Part shown: in pieces, positions 37,240 through 49,480 of the stretch | Position numbering within the stretch: position 1 is the first letter of the stretch | Layout: the number at the start of each line of letters is the position of its first letter | NCBI RefSeq assembly: GCF_036365525.1 | Contig: NC_090378.1 | Span: forward strand, 112,892,351 to 112,956,350 | DNA length: 64,000 nucleotides | Source: Heterodontus francisci | Taxonomy: Eukaryota | Direction of reading: 5' to 3' | Made by a program: the position numbers and the translations under genes | Notes under the pieces: generated by a model | What the model saw: the letters and a program-made list of their open reading frames with translations, nothing else | Told to the model about the DNA's origin: nothing | Databases searched by the model: none

Positions 37240-40200
37240 CAAGATCCTCCTCACTAACATCTGGGAATTTGTACCAAAATTGGGAGAGCTGTCCCACAGA
37301 TTAGTCAAACAACAGCCTGACAGAGTGATACACGCCAAATCATGCCTTACAGCCAATGTTCCAGACTCTTCCATCACCATCCCTGGGTATGTCCTGTCCC
37401 ACCAGCAGGACAGACCCACCAGAGGTGGCAGCACACTGGTATGCAGTCGGGAGGGAGCTGCCCTGGGAGTCCTCAATGTTGGCGCTGGACCCCATGAAGC
37501 TTCATGGCAACATGGGCATGGAAACGTCCTGCTGATGACCACCTACTGCTCTCCCTCAGCTGATGAATCAGTACTCCTCCATGTTGAACAGCACTTGGAA
37601 GAAGCACTGAGGGTAGCAAGGGCACAGAATGTACTCTGGGTGGGGGACTTCAATGCCCATCACCAAAGAGTGGCTCAGTAGCACCACGACTGACCAAGCT
37701 GGCTGAGTCCTAAAGGACATAGCTGCTAGACTGGGCCTGCAGCAGGTGGTGAGAGAACCAACAAGAGAGAAAAATCTATTTTACCTTACTCTCAACAATC
37801 TACCTGTTTCAGATAGATCTGTCCATGACAGTATTGGTAGGAGTTACCACCACACTCTCCTTGTGGAGATGAAGTCCCACTTTCACACTGAGAACACCCT
37901 CATTAGTGTTGTGTGGCACTACCATCAAGCCAGGGAACCAACCCTGGTTCTATGAGGAGTGTAGGAGAGCATACCAGGAGTAGCACCGAGCATACCTAAA
38001 AATGAGGTGCTAACCTGGTGAAGCTCCAAGACAGGGCCTGGATGCATGCTAAACAGCTATAGACGAGAGCTAAGCGATCCCACAACTAATGGATCAGATC
38101 AAAGCTCTGCAGTCCTACCACATCCAGTTGTGAATGGTGGTGGACAATTAACAGGAGGAGGAGGCTCTACAAATATCCCCATCAATGGTGGGGGTGCCCA
38201 GCACATCAGTGCAAAAGTCAAGGCTGAGACAGTCGCAACCATCTTCAGTCAGAAGTGCTGAGTGGATAATCCGTTTTGGTCTCCTGAAGCCTCCAGCATC
38301 ACAGATGCCAGTCTTCGGACAATTTGATTCACTCCACGTGATATCAAGAAAAGGTTGAAGGCACTTGATATTGCAAAGGCTATGGGCCCTGACAACATTC
38401 CAACTGTAGTACTGAAGATTTGTGCTACAGAGCTTGCCGTGCCCCTAGCCAAGCTGTTCCAGTACAGCTACAACACTGGCATCTACCTGAGAAAGTGGAA
38501 AATTGCCCAGGTGTATCCTGTTCACAAAAAGCAGGACACATCCTATCCGGCCAATTATTGCAATTATAATCAGTCTACTCCTAGAACTGTACTCCAGGGA
38601 GAATGCTGTCACTGAGACTGCCCTCAATGCAGCCCAGTCTCTACCAGTCATGGATGAGCTGGACATACAGCCAACCAAATCGGAACTCAGTGATGCCATT
38701 GATTCCCTAGCCAGCGGAAAAGCCCCTGGGAAGGACAGCATTACCCCTGAAATAATCAAGAGTGCCAAGCCTGCTATACTCTCAGCACTACATGAACTGC
38801 TATGCCTGTGCTGGGACGAGGGAGCAGTACCCCAGGACATGCGCGATGCCAACATCACCCTCTATAAAAACAAAGGTGACCGCGGTGACTGCAACAACTA
38901 CCGTGGAATCTCCCTGCTCAGCATAGTGGGGAAAGTCTTTGCTCGAGTCGCTCTGAACAGGCTCCAGAAGCTGGCCGAGCGCGTCTACCCTGAGGCACAG
39001 TGTGGCTTTCGTGCAGAGAGATCGACTATTGACATGCTGTTCTCCCTTCGTCAGATACAGGAGAAATGCCGTGAACAACAGATGCCCCTCTACATTGCTT
39101 TCATTGATCTCACCAAAGCCTTTGACCTCGTCAGCAGACGTGGTCTCTTCAGACTACTAGAAAAGATCGGATGTCCACCAAAGCTACTAAGTATCATCAC
39201 CTCATTCCATGACAATATGAAAGGCACAATTCAACATGGTGGCTCCTCATCAGAGCCCTTTCCTATCCTGAGTGGTGTGAAACAGGGCTGTGTTCTCGCA
39301 CCCACACTTCTTGGGATTTTCTTCTCCCTGCTGCTTTCACATGCGTTCAAATCCTCTGAAGAAGGAATTTTCCTCCACACAAGATCAGGGGGCAGGTTGT
39401 TCAACCTTGCCCGTCTAAGAGCGAAGTCCAAAGTACGGAAAGTCCTCATCAGAGAACTCCTCTTTGCTGACGATGCTGCTTTAACATCTCACACTGAAGA
39501 ATGCCTGCAGAGTCTCATCGACAGGTTTGCGTCTGCCTGCAATGAATTTGGCCTAACCATCAGCCTCAAGAAAACGAACATCATGGGGCAGGATGTCAGA
39601 AATGCTCCATCCATCAATATTGGCGACCACGCTCTGGAAGTGGTTCAAGAGTTCACCTACCTAGTCTCAACTATCACCAGTAACCTGTCTCTAGATGCAG
39701 AAATCAACAAGCGCATGGGTAAGGCTTCCACTGCTATGTCCAGACTGGCCAAGAGAGTGTGGGAAAATGGCGCACTGACACGGAACACAAAAGTCCGAGT
39801 GTATCAGGCCTGTGTCCTCAGTACCTTGCTCTACGGCAGCGAGGCCTGGACAACGTATGCCAGCCAAGAGCGACGTCTCAATTCATTCCATCTTCGCTGC
39901 CTTCGGAGAATACTTGGCATCAGGTGGCAGGACTATATCTCCAACACAGAAGTCCTTGAAGCGGCCAACACCCCCAGCTTATACACACTACTGAGTCAGC
40001 GGCGCTTGAGATGGCTTGGCCATGTGAGCCGCATGGAAGATGGCAGGATCCCCAAAGACACATTGTACAGCGAGCTCGCCACTGGTATCAGACCCACCGG
40101 CCGTCCATGTCTCCGTTATAAAGACGTCTGCAAACGTGACATGAAATCGTGTGACATTGATCACAAGTCGTGGGAGTCAGTTGCCAGCATTCGCCAGAGC

Positions 40201-41320
40201 TGGCGGGCAGCCATAAAGACAGGGCTAAATTGTGGCGAGTCGAAGAGACTTAGTAGTTGGCAGGAAAAAAGACAGAGGCGCAAGGGGAGAGCCAACTGTG
40301 CAACAGCCCCAACAAACAAATTTCTCTGCAGCACCTGTGGAAGAGCCTGTCACTCCAGAATTGGCCTTTATAGCCACTCCAGGCGCTGCTTCACAAACCA
40401 CTGACCACCTCCAGGCGCGTATCCATTGTCTCTCGAGATAAGGAGGCCCAAAAGAAAGAAAGAAAGAAACTCCCGATCATCAGCAAAATAATGGAAGGTG
40501 TTGTCGACAATGCTATCAAGTGGCACTTATTCAGCAAGGACCTGGTCATGACTAGTCAGTTTGAGTTCTGCCAGGGCCACTCAGCTTCTGACTTCATTAC
40601 AGCCTTTGTCCAAACATGGACAATGAGCTGAAATTTCAGAGGTGAGGTAAGAGTGATTGCCCTTGATATCAAGGCAGCATTTGATCAAGTGTGGCATCAA
40701 GGAGCCCTAGCAAAATTGAAGTCAATGGGAATCGGGGAAAACTAGCGCAGAGGACAATGGTTGGAGTTGTTGGAGGCCAATCATTTCAACCCCAGGACAT
40801 CACTGCAGGAGTTCCTCATGTCCTGTCCTAGGCCCAACCATCGTCAGCTGCTTCATCAATCACCTTCCCTCCAACATAAGGTCAGTATTGGGGATGTTTG
40901 CTGATGATTGCACAGTGTTCAGTTCCATTCACAAGTCCTCGGATAGTGAAGCAGTCCGTGTCCTGATGCAGCAAGACCTGGACAATATCCAGGCTTGGGC
41001 TGATAAGTGGCAAGTAACATTTGCGCCGTATAAGTGCCAGTCAATGACCATCTTCAACAAGAGAGAATCTAACCATCTCCCCTAGACATCCAATGACATT
41101 ACCATTGCTGAATCCCCCACTATCAACATCCTGGGGGTGACCATTGACCAGAAACTGAACTGGACAAGCCACATATAGCATAGCTACAAGAGAAGGTCTG
41201 AGGCTGGAAATTCTGTGGTGAGTAACTCAACTTCTGACTCCCCAAAGCCTGTCCACCATCTACAAGGCACAAGTCAGGAGCATGATGGAATACTCTCCAC
41301 TTGCCTGGAGGAGTACAGCT
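37240..41320 (+). mobile_element. Decayed CR1-group LINE ORF2 (second family; endonuclease + RT), interrupted by the RTE
   Basis: APE endonuclease remnants (VLWVGDFNAHH) and RT remnants (AMGPDNIP..VLK.CA.ELAVPL, GMFADDCTVF). The host sequence resumes directly after the RTE tail at 40469. Confidence 0.85.
38582..40468 (+). mobile_element. RTE-clade non-LTR retrotransposon, 5'-truncated, uninterrupted RT frame
   Basis: ORF to 40404 with RT motifs (FIDLTKAFD, GVKQGCVLAP, LFADD) and an RTE-type C-terminus (LRWLGHVSRMEDGRIPK, CSTCGRACHSRIGLYSH). Short 3'UTR, (AAAG)n tail, and ACTCC duplicated at 38577-38581 and 40469-40473. Confidence 0.93.
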
Positions 41321-42240
41321 CATAGAAACATAGAAAATAGGAGCAGGAGTTGGCAATTCGGCCCCTTGAGCCTGCTCCGCCATTCATTATGATCATGGCT
41401 GATCATCCAACTCAGTAGCCTGTTCCCACTTTTGCCCCATACCCTTTGATCCCTTTAGACCCAAGAGCTATATCTAACTCCTTCTTGAAAACATACAATG
41501 TTTTGGCCTCAACTGCTTTCTATGGTAGCGAATTCCACAGGCTCACCACTCTCTGGGTGAAGAAATTTCTCCTCATCTCAGTCCTGAAAGGTTTACCCCG
41601 TATCCTTAGACTCAGACCCCTGGTTCTGGACTCCCCCACCATCGGGAACATCCTTCCTGCATCTACCCTGTAAAGTCCTTTTCGAATTTCATAGGGATCC
41701 CCCCCTCACTCTTCTGAACTCCAGCGAATATAATCCTAACCGACTCAATCTGTCCTCATACATCAGTCCCGCCATCCCAGGAATCAGTCTGGTAAACATT
41801 TGCTGCACTCCCTCTATAGCAAGAACATCTTCCTCAGATAAGGAGACCAAAGGGCGGCGCAGTGGTTAGCACCGCAGCCTCACAGCTCCAGCGACCCGGG
41901 TTCCGTTCTGGGTACTGCCTGTGTGGAGTTTGCAAGGTCTCCCTGTGTCTGCGTGGGTTTCCGCTGGGTGCTTCGGTTTCCTCCCACAGCCAAAGACTCG
42001 CAGGTTGATGGGTAAATTGGCCATTGTAAATTTCCCCTAGTGTAGGTAGGTGGTAGGAGAATGGTGGGAATATGGTAGGGAATATGGGGTTAATGTAGGA
42101 TTAGTATAAAATGGGTGGTTGTTGGTCGGCACAGACTCGGTGGGCCGAAGGGCCTGTTTCAGTGCTGTATCTCTAAATAAATAAATAAAACTGCACACAA
42201 TATTCCAGGTGTGACCTCACCAAGACCCTGTATAATTGCG
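41321..42240 (-). mobile_element. CR1 3' fragment hosting an HE1-type SINE
   Basis: Repeat tail at 41321-41340. The CR1 sequence aggagaccaaa/actgcacacaatattcc is split by the SINE at 41852-42190. Confidence 0.85.
41852..42190 (+). mobile_element. HE1-like SINE nested in a CR1
   Basis: gggcggcgcagtggttagcacc head, same body, (TAAA)n tail. Confidence 0.9.
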
Positions 42241-42369
42241 GTTTTTTGGGTCAAGGTTGCTGGATATTGACTATATTCCGTAGTTAACTGCTGCCACCTC
42301 TGGCCCATCTATATCTCTCTTGGCTTCAAATGGACCATTCAACTGGAATGGACTTAAATGTAATGTTTT

Positions 42370-43445
42370 GCATTTTTTGAAGTGCCAATCAGTATCTTAC
42401 TGCTCTGTGCACATTGCCTTCTGCATTTGCATACATTACAACAGTAGCTACAATTCAAAAAGAGCTTCTTTGACTGCAGTGTGCTTTGGAATATCTTGAG
42501 GTCACGAAAGGACCTGTATAGATATTAGTTTTTTATTGTTTAACCTTAATCAAACACATACTGAAACAAAGTCAGGGTGCATGTATTTAAGTTGAATGTG
42601 TTGGCCCCTGTCACTTGAATATCATCAAAGTTATTCAGTGGGAAGAAAGACTTGTATTTCTATAGCACCTTGTTGCATCCCTCTGAGACATCCCAAAAAA
42701 AAACACTTCATGTACAATGAATTATTGAGAGGTGGAATTCCTGTTGCAATGTAGGCCATTCCAGCAGCCTTTTATACACAGCAAGCTCCCACAAACCGAC
42801 GAGTAGCCGGCTAATTTGTTTTCTGGTGGAGTTGAAGGAAGGAATGTTGGCTGGGACCCTGGCAGAGCTGCCTGCTTTTCTTCAACTGATGTCTTTTATC
42901 CAAAAGAAGAATTTGCAGTAAAGAGTGTCATAGGCTACTAATCTAGAACTGAATTTGGGCTGCAACACCACTGATAGACCTATAATCATGAGCCATGACT
43001 GTTCAAAATGCCTTGTCAAGATGCTAGGAGAAAGAACTTGCACTTATAAATTGCGCCTTTCACAATTTCAGTACGTCGCAAAGTGCTTCGCAGTCACTCA
43101 AGTACTTTTAAATGGGGCAGCCAATTTGTGCACAGCAAGCTCCCACAAACAGCAATGTGATAATGACCAGATAATCTGTTAGTGATTTTGGTCGAGGGAT
43201 ATATATTGGCCAGGACACCAGGGAGAACTCTCCTGTTCTTCAGATAGTGCTTCAGGATATTTTACATCCGGGTCTTGGTTTAATGACGCTTCTAAAAGAC
43301 AGCATCTCGGACTGTGCAGTGCCTCCTTCAGACTGCATAGGGAGTGTCAAGCAGGTTTATGGGTTCAGGTCTCTGAAGTGGGACTTGATTGCACAGCTTT
43401 CTGACTCAGAGAGGCGAGAGTGCTTCCCACTGAGCTGCAGCTGAC
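42370..43445. mobile_element. Cluster of SacSINE1-like pieces (~42370-42535 +, ~42645-42890 -, ~43030-43445 -)
   Basis: Repeated Deu-domain/tail motifs in both orientations. Confidence 0.7.
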
Positions 43446-44429
43446 AACGTGACAATAGACCTATAACCTATACTTACTGATCAAATGCATTATCGAGATG
43501 CCGGGTCGGAAGAATAGAATCTAGAATTAGATGGCTGGGTGGTTTTCACCATTCAGTATGAAACTTTCACCCGCCCACCATTTTAAATTACTGAGGTCCC
43601 AGTCACTCGTATCCGGGGTGGTGTAGATGAGAGTGTGTTCCAGTTAGAGACATTTTGGTGTATACAACTTGACACTGACTAGCTATTGCACAATAAGTGT
43701 TCACTAGGCTGTGGATTGTAGGTTAATTAAGGGAAGACTCTCACTGGCAGTGTTCAACACTTATCTCCCAGACCTGAGTCATGTTTTTGCATAATTATCT
43801 CTCTCTGTGCCGGCAAGAGTTCTAATGCTAAATTTAGATTGGCATTACATGCGAGATCCTGATTGCGTCCTGTGTGGAAGGAGTTTTGCCTGGCGGGAGA
43901 CCATGTTGGGAAACTCTGCATGCAAGGTCAGAGGACATTGTGAAAGTGCCGCTCCTGCCCTTTGAATTTACTGCAGTTACTGCCCATCCCTAGTGGCCCC
44001 TGTGAAAGTGGTTCTTTGTGATTGCTGAGCTTGGTGGCTTCCTGGGCATTAAGAGTTAACCACCTAATATGGGTCAGAGACACATAGGCCAGACTGGGCA
44101 TGAGTAGCGGGTTTCTTTCCTTGAAGGACATTAGCGAACCACTTGGGATTTTACACAATGTAGGCCACAAAGCTACATTGGATTCACTTGCTCACCCTGT
44201 GCTGGTGGATGCAAATCCGTGACCCCTTAGGTTTCCTGTTCACGATTACAACCACTAGCCTTTTCATACCCTACCCTCTTCTGGTGACCTTGCACCAATA
44301 AAGTTCGTCTAGGAAATATCCTTTTTAGATCCTCGATTGCTGCTCATATATTTGGATCATCTTTTTCTTGAGCTTGGCTGGTGCTGATTTCAAACATCTC
44401 TGCCTACTTACTTTTGAGGAATGTAGGGA

Positions 44430-45045
44430 ACGAAAGCATTTGTATTGATATAGCACCTTTATCACATCCTTGGCTGTGCCAAAGCACTTTCCAACTATTG
44501 GATTATTGTTATAATGACAAGTACACAAAGCGAGATTGCATAAAGAGCAAATGAGATGAATGAGCAGTGAATCTGTTTTTGGTGGCATTGGTTGAGGAAG
44601 GAATGTTGGGTAGGACACCAGGGCAAACTCCCTGCTCCTCTTTGAGAAAAAGAAAGACTTGTATTAATACAGTGCTTTTGTCAACCTCGGAACATTCCAA
44701 AATGCTTCACAGCCAATGAAGTACTTTTGAAGCATAGTCAGTCTGTTAATGTAGGAAATGTGGCAGTCAATTTGTGCATGGTAAGCTCCTGTGAACTACA
44801 ATGAGTTAAATATCCAGGTAATCTATTTTTGGTGTTGGTTGAGGGCTAACTATTCTTCCCCAGGACACTGGGAAGAACTTCCCTGCTCTCCTTCAAAATC
44901 GTGCCATGGGATCTTTTACATCCACTTGAGAGGGCAGACGGGGGCCCTGGTTTAATATCTCATCTGAAAGACGGTACCTGTGACTGTGCAGCACACCCTC
45001 CATATTGCACTGAAGGGTCAGCTTGGATAATGTGCTCAAGTCTTT
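44430..45045 (-). mobile_element. Two tandem SacSINE1-like copies (~44430-44645, ~44650-45045)
   Basis: Two successive tail-plus-body segments on the minus strand. Confidence 0.75.
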
Positions 45046-45439
45046 AGAGTTGTGTTGACGGTTCATGCAGTATTCAGTAGCCCAGAATTCAACTCCGTAA
45101 CATGGCCCAATGTGGGAAGAGGATCTGCTCTGGGGCCTGGGCATTAACTACATCATAAACATGACGGGAAGGTTTTCTATGTTTGCTGTTTACAGAACAA
45201 CACATTTACAATTCTACTGGAAATGAGGCCCAGAGGCGAATGTTCCTTAACTAATACGTGAAGACCAGAGATAACTTTCAATCTCAAAGTTGGAATACCT
45301 TTGAGAAAATGCCAGATTGGTAAATATTCACCACAATGACATGACATGGCATGAATTGATACAGCATTAGTGTGTCCCTTGTACTAGAATATTACTGTGA
45401 AGGGTGATTCATGTTATACAATGTCTCCCACAGGCCTCC

Positions 45440-45740
45440 CATCGAGTCTCGCCTCCAGACTAGCATGACCAAGCAATTCAAACCGCTTCGCTCACTTCAG
45501 CAAGCTACTGCCATCTGTTGCTGACCCCAGGGGTTTCCCCAGGAGGCGACAATCCTGCTGCCCTGCTTCAAGCAACTCTTTAGCGTGTTGTTGTAGCACT
45601 TTTTATTGCTTTCTGCTGCCATCCTCCAGTTCTTCATGAAGCACCTGCTTCAATAACTGTACATCGTCCAATCTAACAACCCATCCTGCCCAACATTGTC
45701 GATCGATACAGCATTAGCTTGCTCCACTATTTATCTCACC
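45440..45740 (-). mobile_element. Highly decayed RTE C-terminal fragment
   Basis: Minus-strand translation QCWAGWVVRLDDVQLLKQVLHEELEDGSRK...YNNTLK matches the RTE pattern RW.GHV.RM...PK..LY.EL..G.R....RYKD.LK. Confidence 0.6.
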
Positions 45741-45892
45741 TCACTGTACCTTTCCACACCACTTAATAGGGATTTTCTCAACCACTTTGTCACAGCACCC
45801 CTGTTGCATTTTGAGATTTCTGACTGTTTCACCTACTAGGGATTTTTGGGTTCAAGATAATCTGGTTTTGACAACCAGTCCAATTCAGGATA

Positions 45893-46017
45893 GAAGGGTC
45901 ACTGACCTGAAACGTGAACTCTGCTTCTGTCTCCACAGATGCTGCCAGACCTACTGCGTTTTTCCAGCGCTTTCTGTTTTTATTTGATTTCCAGCATCCG
46001 CAGTATTTTGCTTTGAT
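45893..46017 (+). mobile_element. Penelope-type terminal fragment with 9-bp TSD
   Basis: TTCAGGATA at 45884-45892 and 46018-46026; body homologous to 29098-29225. Confidence 0.7.
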
Positions 46018-46129
46018 TTCAGGATATTGGGTTTTAATTTAAAAACATCCATCGCTTTTTAAGAAAATAAAAAATCTTTCATTTACAGAGTTTTACAGCA
46101 TAAAAACATTATTAAATTAATGTTTGTTT

Positions 46130-47850
46130 ATTTATTCATGGTAAGGCCAGCATTTGTTGCCCATCCCAAATTGTCACTGAGAACATGTTGGTGAGCCACT
46201 GCCTTGAACCACTGCAGTCTCTGTGGTGAAAGTACTACTCCTACAGCGTTATCAGGTCACGAGTTCCAGCATTTGGCACAGCAATAATAAAGGAACAATG
46301 ATATCTTTCCAAGTCAGGGTAGTGTAGGCAGTCATGTTCCCATGTGCCTGCTGCCCTTGTTCTAGGTGGTAGAGGTCCCAGGCTTGGGAGGTGCTGTCGA
46401 AGGAGCCTTGGGAAGTTGCTTCGGTGCATTTGTAAATGCAGCCACGGTGTGCCTGTGGTGGAGGGAGTGAATGTTTAAGGTGATGGATGGAATACCAATT
46501 AAGTTGGCTGCTTTGTCCTGGATGGTGTTGAGCTTCTTGAGTGTTGTTGGAGCTGCACCCATCCAGACAAGTGGAGAGTATTCCATCACACTCCTGACTT
46601 GTGCTTTGTAGATGGAGGACAGGATTTGGGGAGTCAGGAGGTGAGTTACTCGCTGCAGAATTCCCAGCCTCTGACCACAGTAGCCACAGTATTAATCAGG
46701 CTGGTCCAGTTCAGTTTCTGGTCAATGGTGACTGTGACCCCCACCCCCCCCAAGATGTTGATGTTGGAAGATTAAGCGATGGTAATGCTGTTGAATGTCG
46801 AGGAGAAATGGTTAGATTCTCTCTTTTTGGAGATGATCTTTGCCTTACACTTGTGGTGCGAATGTTACTTGTGGCTCCTTGATGCCACACTCTGTCCAAT
46901 GCTGCCTTGATGTCAAGGGGAGTCATTTTGCCTCACCTGCTGGAATGCAGCTCTTTTGTCCATGTTTGGACCAAGGCTCTAATGAGGTCTGGAGCTGAGT
47001 GCCCCTGGTGGAATCCAACTTGAGCATTGGTGAGCAGGCTATTGCTGAGTAAGTGCCGCTTGATAGTACTGTTAACAACATCTTCCATCACTTTGCTGCC
47101 AATTTGAGAGTAGATTGATGGGGTGGTAATTGGCCGGATTGGATTTGTCCTGCTTTTTGTGGACAGGCCATAGCTGGGCAACTTTGCACTTTTTGGGGTA
47201 GGTGCAAGTGTTGTAGCTTTGCTGGAGGAACAGCTAGTTCTGGAGCACAAGCCTTCACTACAGTGTGGATGTTGTCAGACCCCCCCCCCCATAGTCTTTG
47301 TTGTATCCAGTGCGCTCAGCTGTTTGTTGATATCATGTGGGATGAATCAAATTGACTGAAGACTGGCATCTGTGATGAGGGGCGACCTCAGGAGGAGGCC
47401 GAGATGGATCATCCACTCAGCACTGCTGCTCACTGCTCAGCCATGTCTTTTGCACTGATGTGCTGGGCTCCACCATCACCAAGGTTGAGGATGTTCATGA
47501 AGCCTTCTCCTCCTGTTTGTTGTTTAAATGTTCACCACCATTCATGACTGCCTGTGGCAGGACTGCAAAGCTCTGATCTGATCCATCGGTTGTTGGATCG
47601 CTTTGCTCCGTGCATAACATGTTCCACTGTTTAACATGCACGTAGTTCTGTGCTGTAACTTCACCAGGTTGGCACTTCATTTTCAGAATGCCTGCTACTG
47701 CTCTTGGCATGCTCTCCTACACTCCTCACTGTTCAGGGTTGGCCCCCGGCTTGATGGTAATGGTAGAGTGCCAGGCCATGAGGTTACAGATTATGGTTGA
47801 GTAGAATTCTGCTGCTGATGGCTCACAGCACCTCTTGGATGCCCAGTTTA
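46130..47850 (-). mobile_element. Decayed copy of the second CR1-group family
   Basis: Minus-strand ORF pieces (LDIKAALDRVWHQGA, MMEYSPLVWMGAAPTTLKKLNTIQ) and a 3' tail homologous to 15905-16150; collinear with the 37240-41320 element. Confidence 0.82.
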
Positions 47851-48187
47851 GAACTGGTGTTTATGCTCCATGCGAACATCTTCTCTCCTCGGTATCAACA
47901 TATCCTTCAATTCCGTTCTCCCTCACATACTTATCTAGCTTCCCGTTAAATGCATCTATATCGACAGAGGAAAATACTGGAGCCCTGAGAATGATTAGAT
48001 GTTTGAGTTTCCTCATGAGCGATCCTGAATGGTAATCAGCAAGCCAATAAAACTATTAATCTTATCAGTTTAGACTGACAGGTTGTCAACACATACCATC
48101 ACTTCTCCTCACATATTATGTTGGAAGGGGCTGAACTCTTGTGGGCACAGCATGGGGTTGATTGGCTTCAATCCACTTTAAAATGTC

Positions 48188-48600
48188 AGCCGTGACTCAG
48201 TGGGTACTACTCTTTGAGTCAGGAGGTCGTGAGTTCAAATCCTGCACCAGAGACTCGAGCACAAAATCCAGGCTGACAATCCAGTGCTGCACCATCGGAG
48301 GGCCTGTCTTTCAGGTGAGACATTAGGCCGAGGCCCCGTCCACCCTCTCGGGTGCACACAAATGATCCTGTGGCACTATTTTTGAGAAGAACAGGAGAGT
48401 TCATGCCTGGCCAATATTAATCCCTCCACCAGCATCACTCAAACAGATTATTCAGTCATCATCACATTGCTGTCTCTGGGTCCTTGCTGTGTGCAAATTG
48501 GCTGCCACACTACATTACAACAAGTGGCTGCACTTCATTGGCTGTAAAACACTTTGGGACATCCTGGAGTTGTGAAATGAGCTATAGATATGCCAGTCTT
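48188..48600 (+). mobile_element. SacSINE1-like DeuSINE, near full length
   Basis: agccgtgactcagtggg A box, gagttcaaatcc B box, Deu domain and tail. Confidence 0.82.
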
Positions 48601-48840
48601 CCACTTTGAACTCTCTGGATGTGGATTAATGGAATGTAAAGGACACGGAGTGTGCTCTGCATATTGGGTGTGCTAATTTTGAAGACTACGGTAGCGGGTT
48701 TGTGTCTCAGACACCTGGAAAGACACAGTCAGGTCATCGAGATGCCTCAGTGGGGGTTTGCTGGGATCACCTGGTCCTTCAGGCGTGTTCACATTTTAAC
48801 CCCATCTGCAGTGTGAAACGTAACCTCTGTATGAACCTCT

Positions 48841-49480
48841 GGGGCCAGATTTTCAAAGTGGGTCGACACGCTGATGAATTACGGGTCCTGACCATGCTCT
48901 CTCTATGCAATCTTTGACTGCTAATGTCCTTATTTGGCAGGAGACGAGCTCGGCACCCAATTAGAGACACTGAGCCCCTCCAGGAGGTGGGAGCTGGCTG
49001 CCTGGCACCAGTGGCAAAGGCAGGCGGCAGCCAGGGAGAGCAGGCGGCTCATGTAAGGGCCAGGTCGGTAAAGATGGCAGATGATGGCCATGGATGCCAA
49101 GTGGAGGTACAGCGCTCGACATGGCATGAGTTGGCCCCTCAAATTTAATCCCAACATACATAGGAACAAACTTGTTTTTGCCCCGCAGCAGCTCCGACAG
49201 TTGTGCGCTAAAGTGCACCAGACTGATCAGGATCGCAGAAATCTGATGTTAAAAATTGTCTTCCTGAATGCCCCGACCCCTTAACAAGCTCCTGAAGGAG
49301 CTTAATGGGCTGTTAATTGGCAGCCTGCGTGTTCCCTCTTCCCCCCCGCCCCCCCCACCCCCCCCCCCCCAACACTTTGAAAATTCAAAACTTTCTCAGA
49401 GGCAATGGGGTCCCTCCCGGACCATGATTTTCAAATGGCGCCTGCACTGGGTCCTGACCCCCGGCCCTTTGAAATTCTGG
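48841..49480. mobile_element. MITE-like element
   Basis: CCAGATTTTCAAAG (48845-48858) and CTTTGAAATTCTGG (49467-49480) are inverted with one mismatch; GC-rich interior. Confidence 0.55.

Noticed and set aside
38503-38581. N-terminus of the 633-aa ORF as a real start
   Set aside because: It derives from an alternative frame of the host LINE upstream of the RTE insertion junction.
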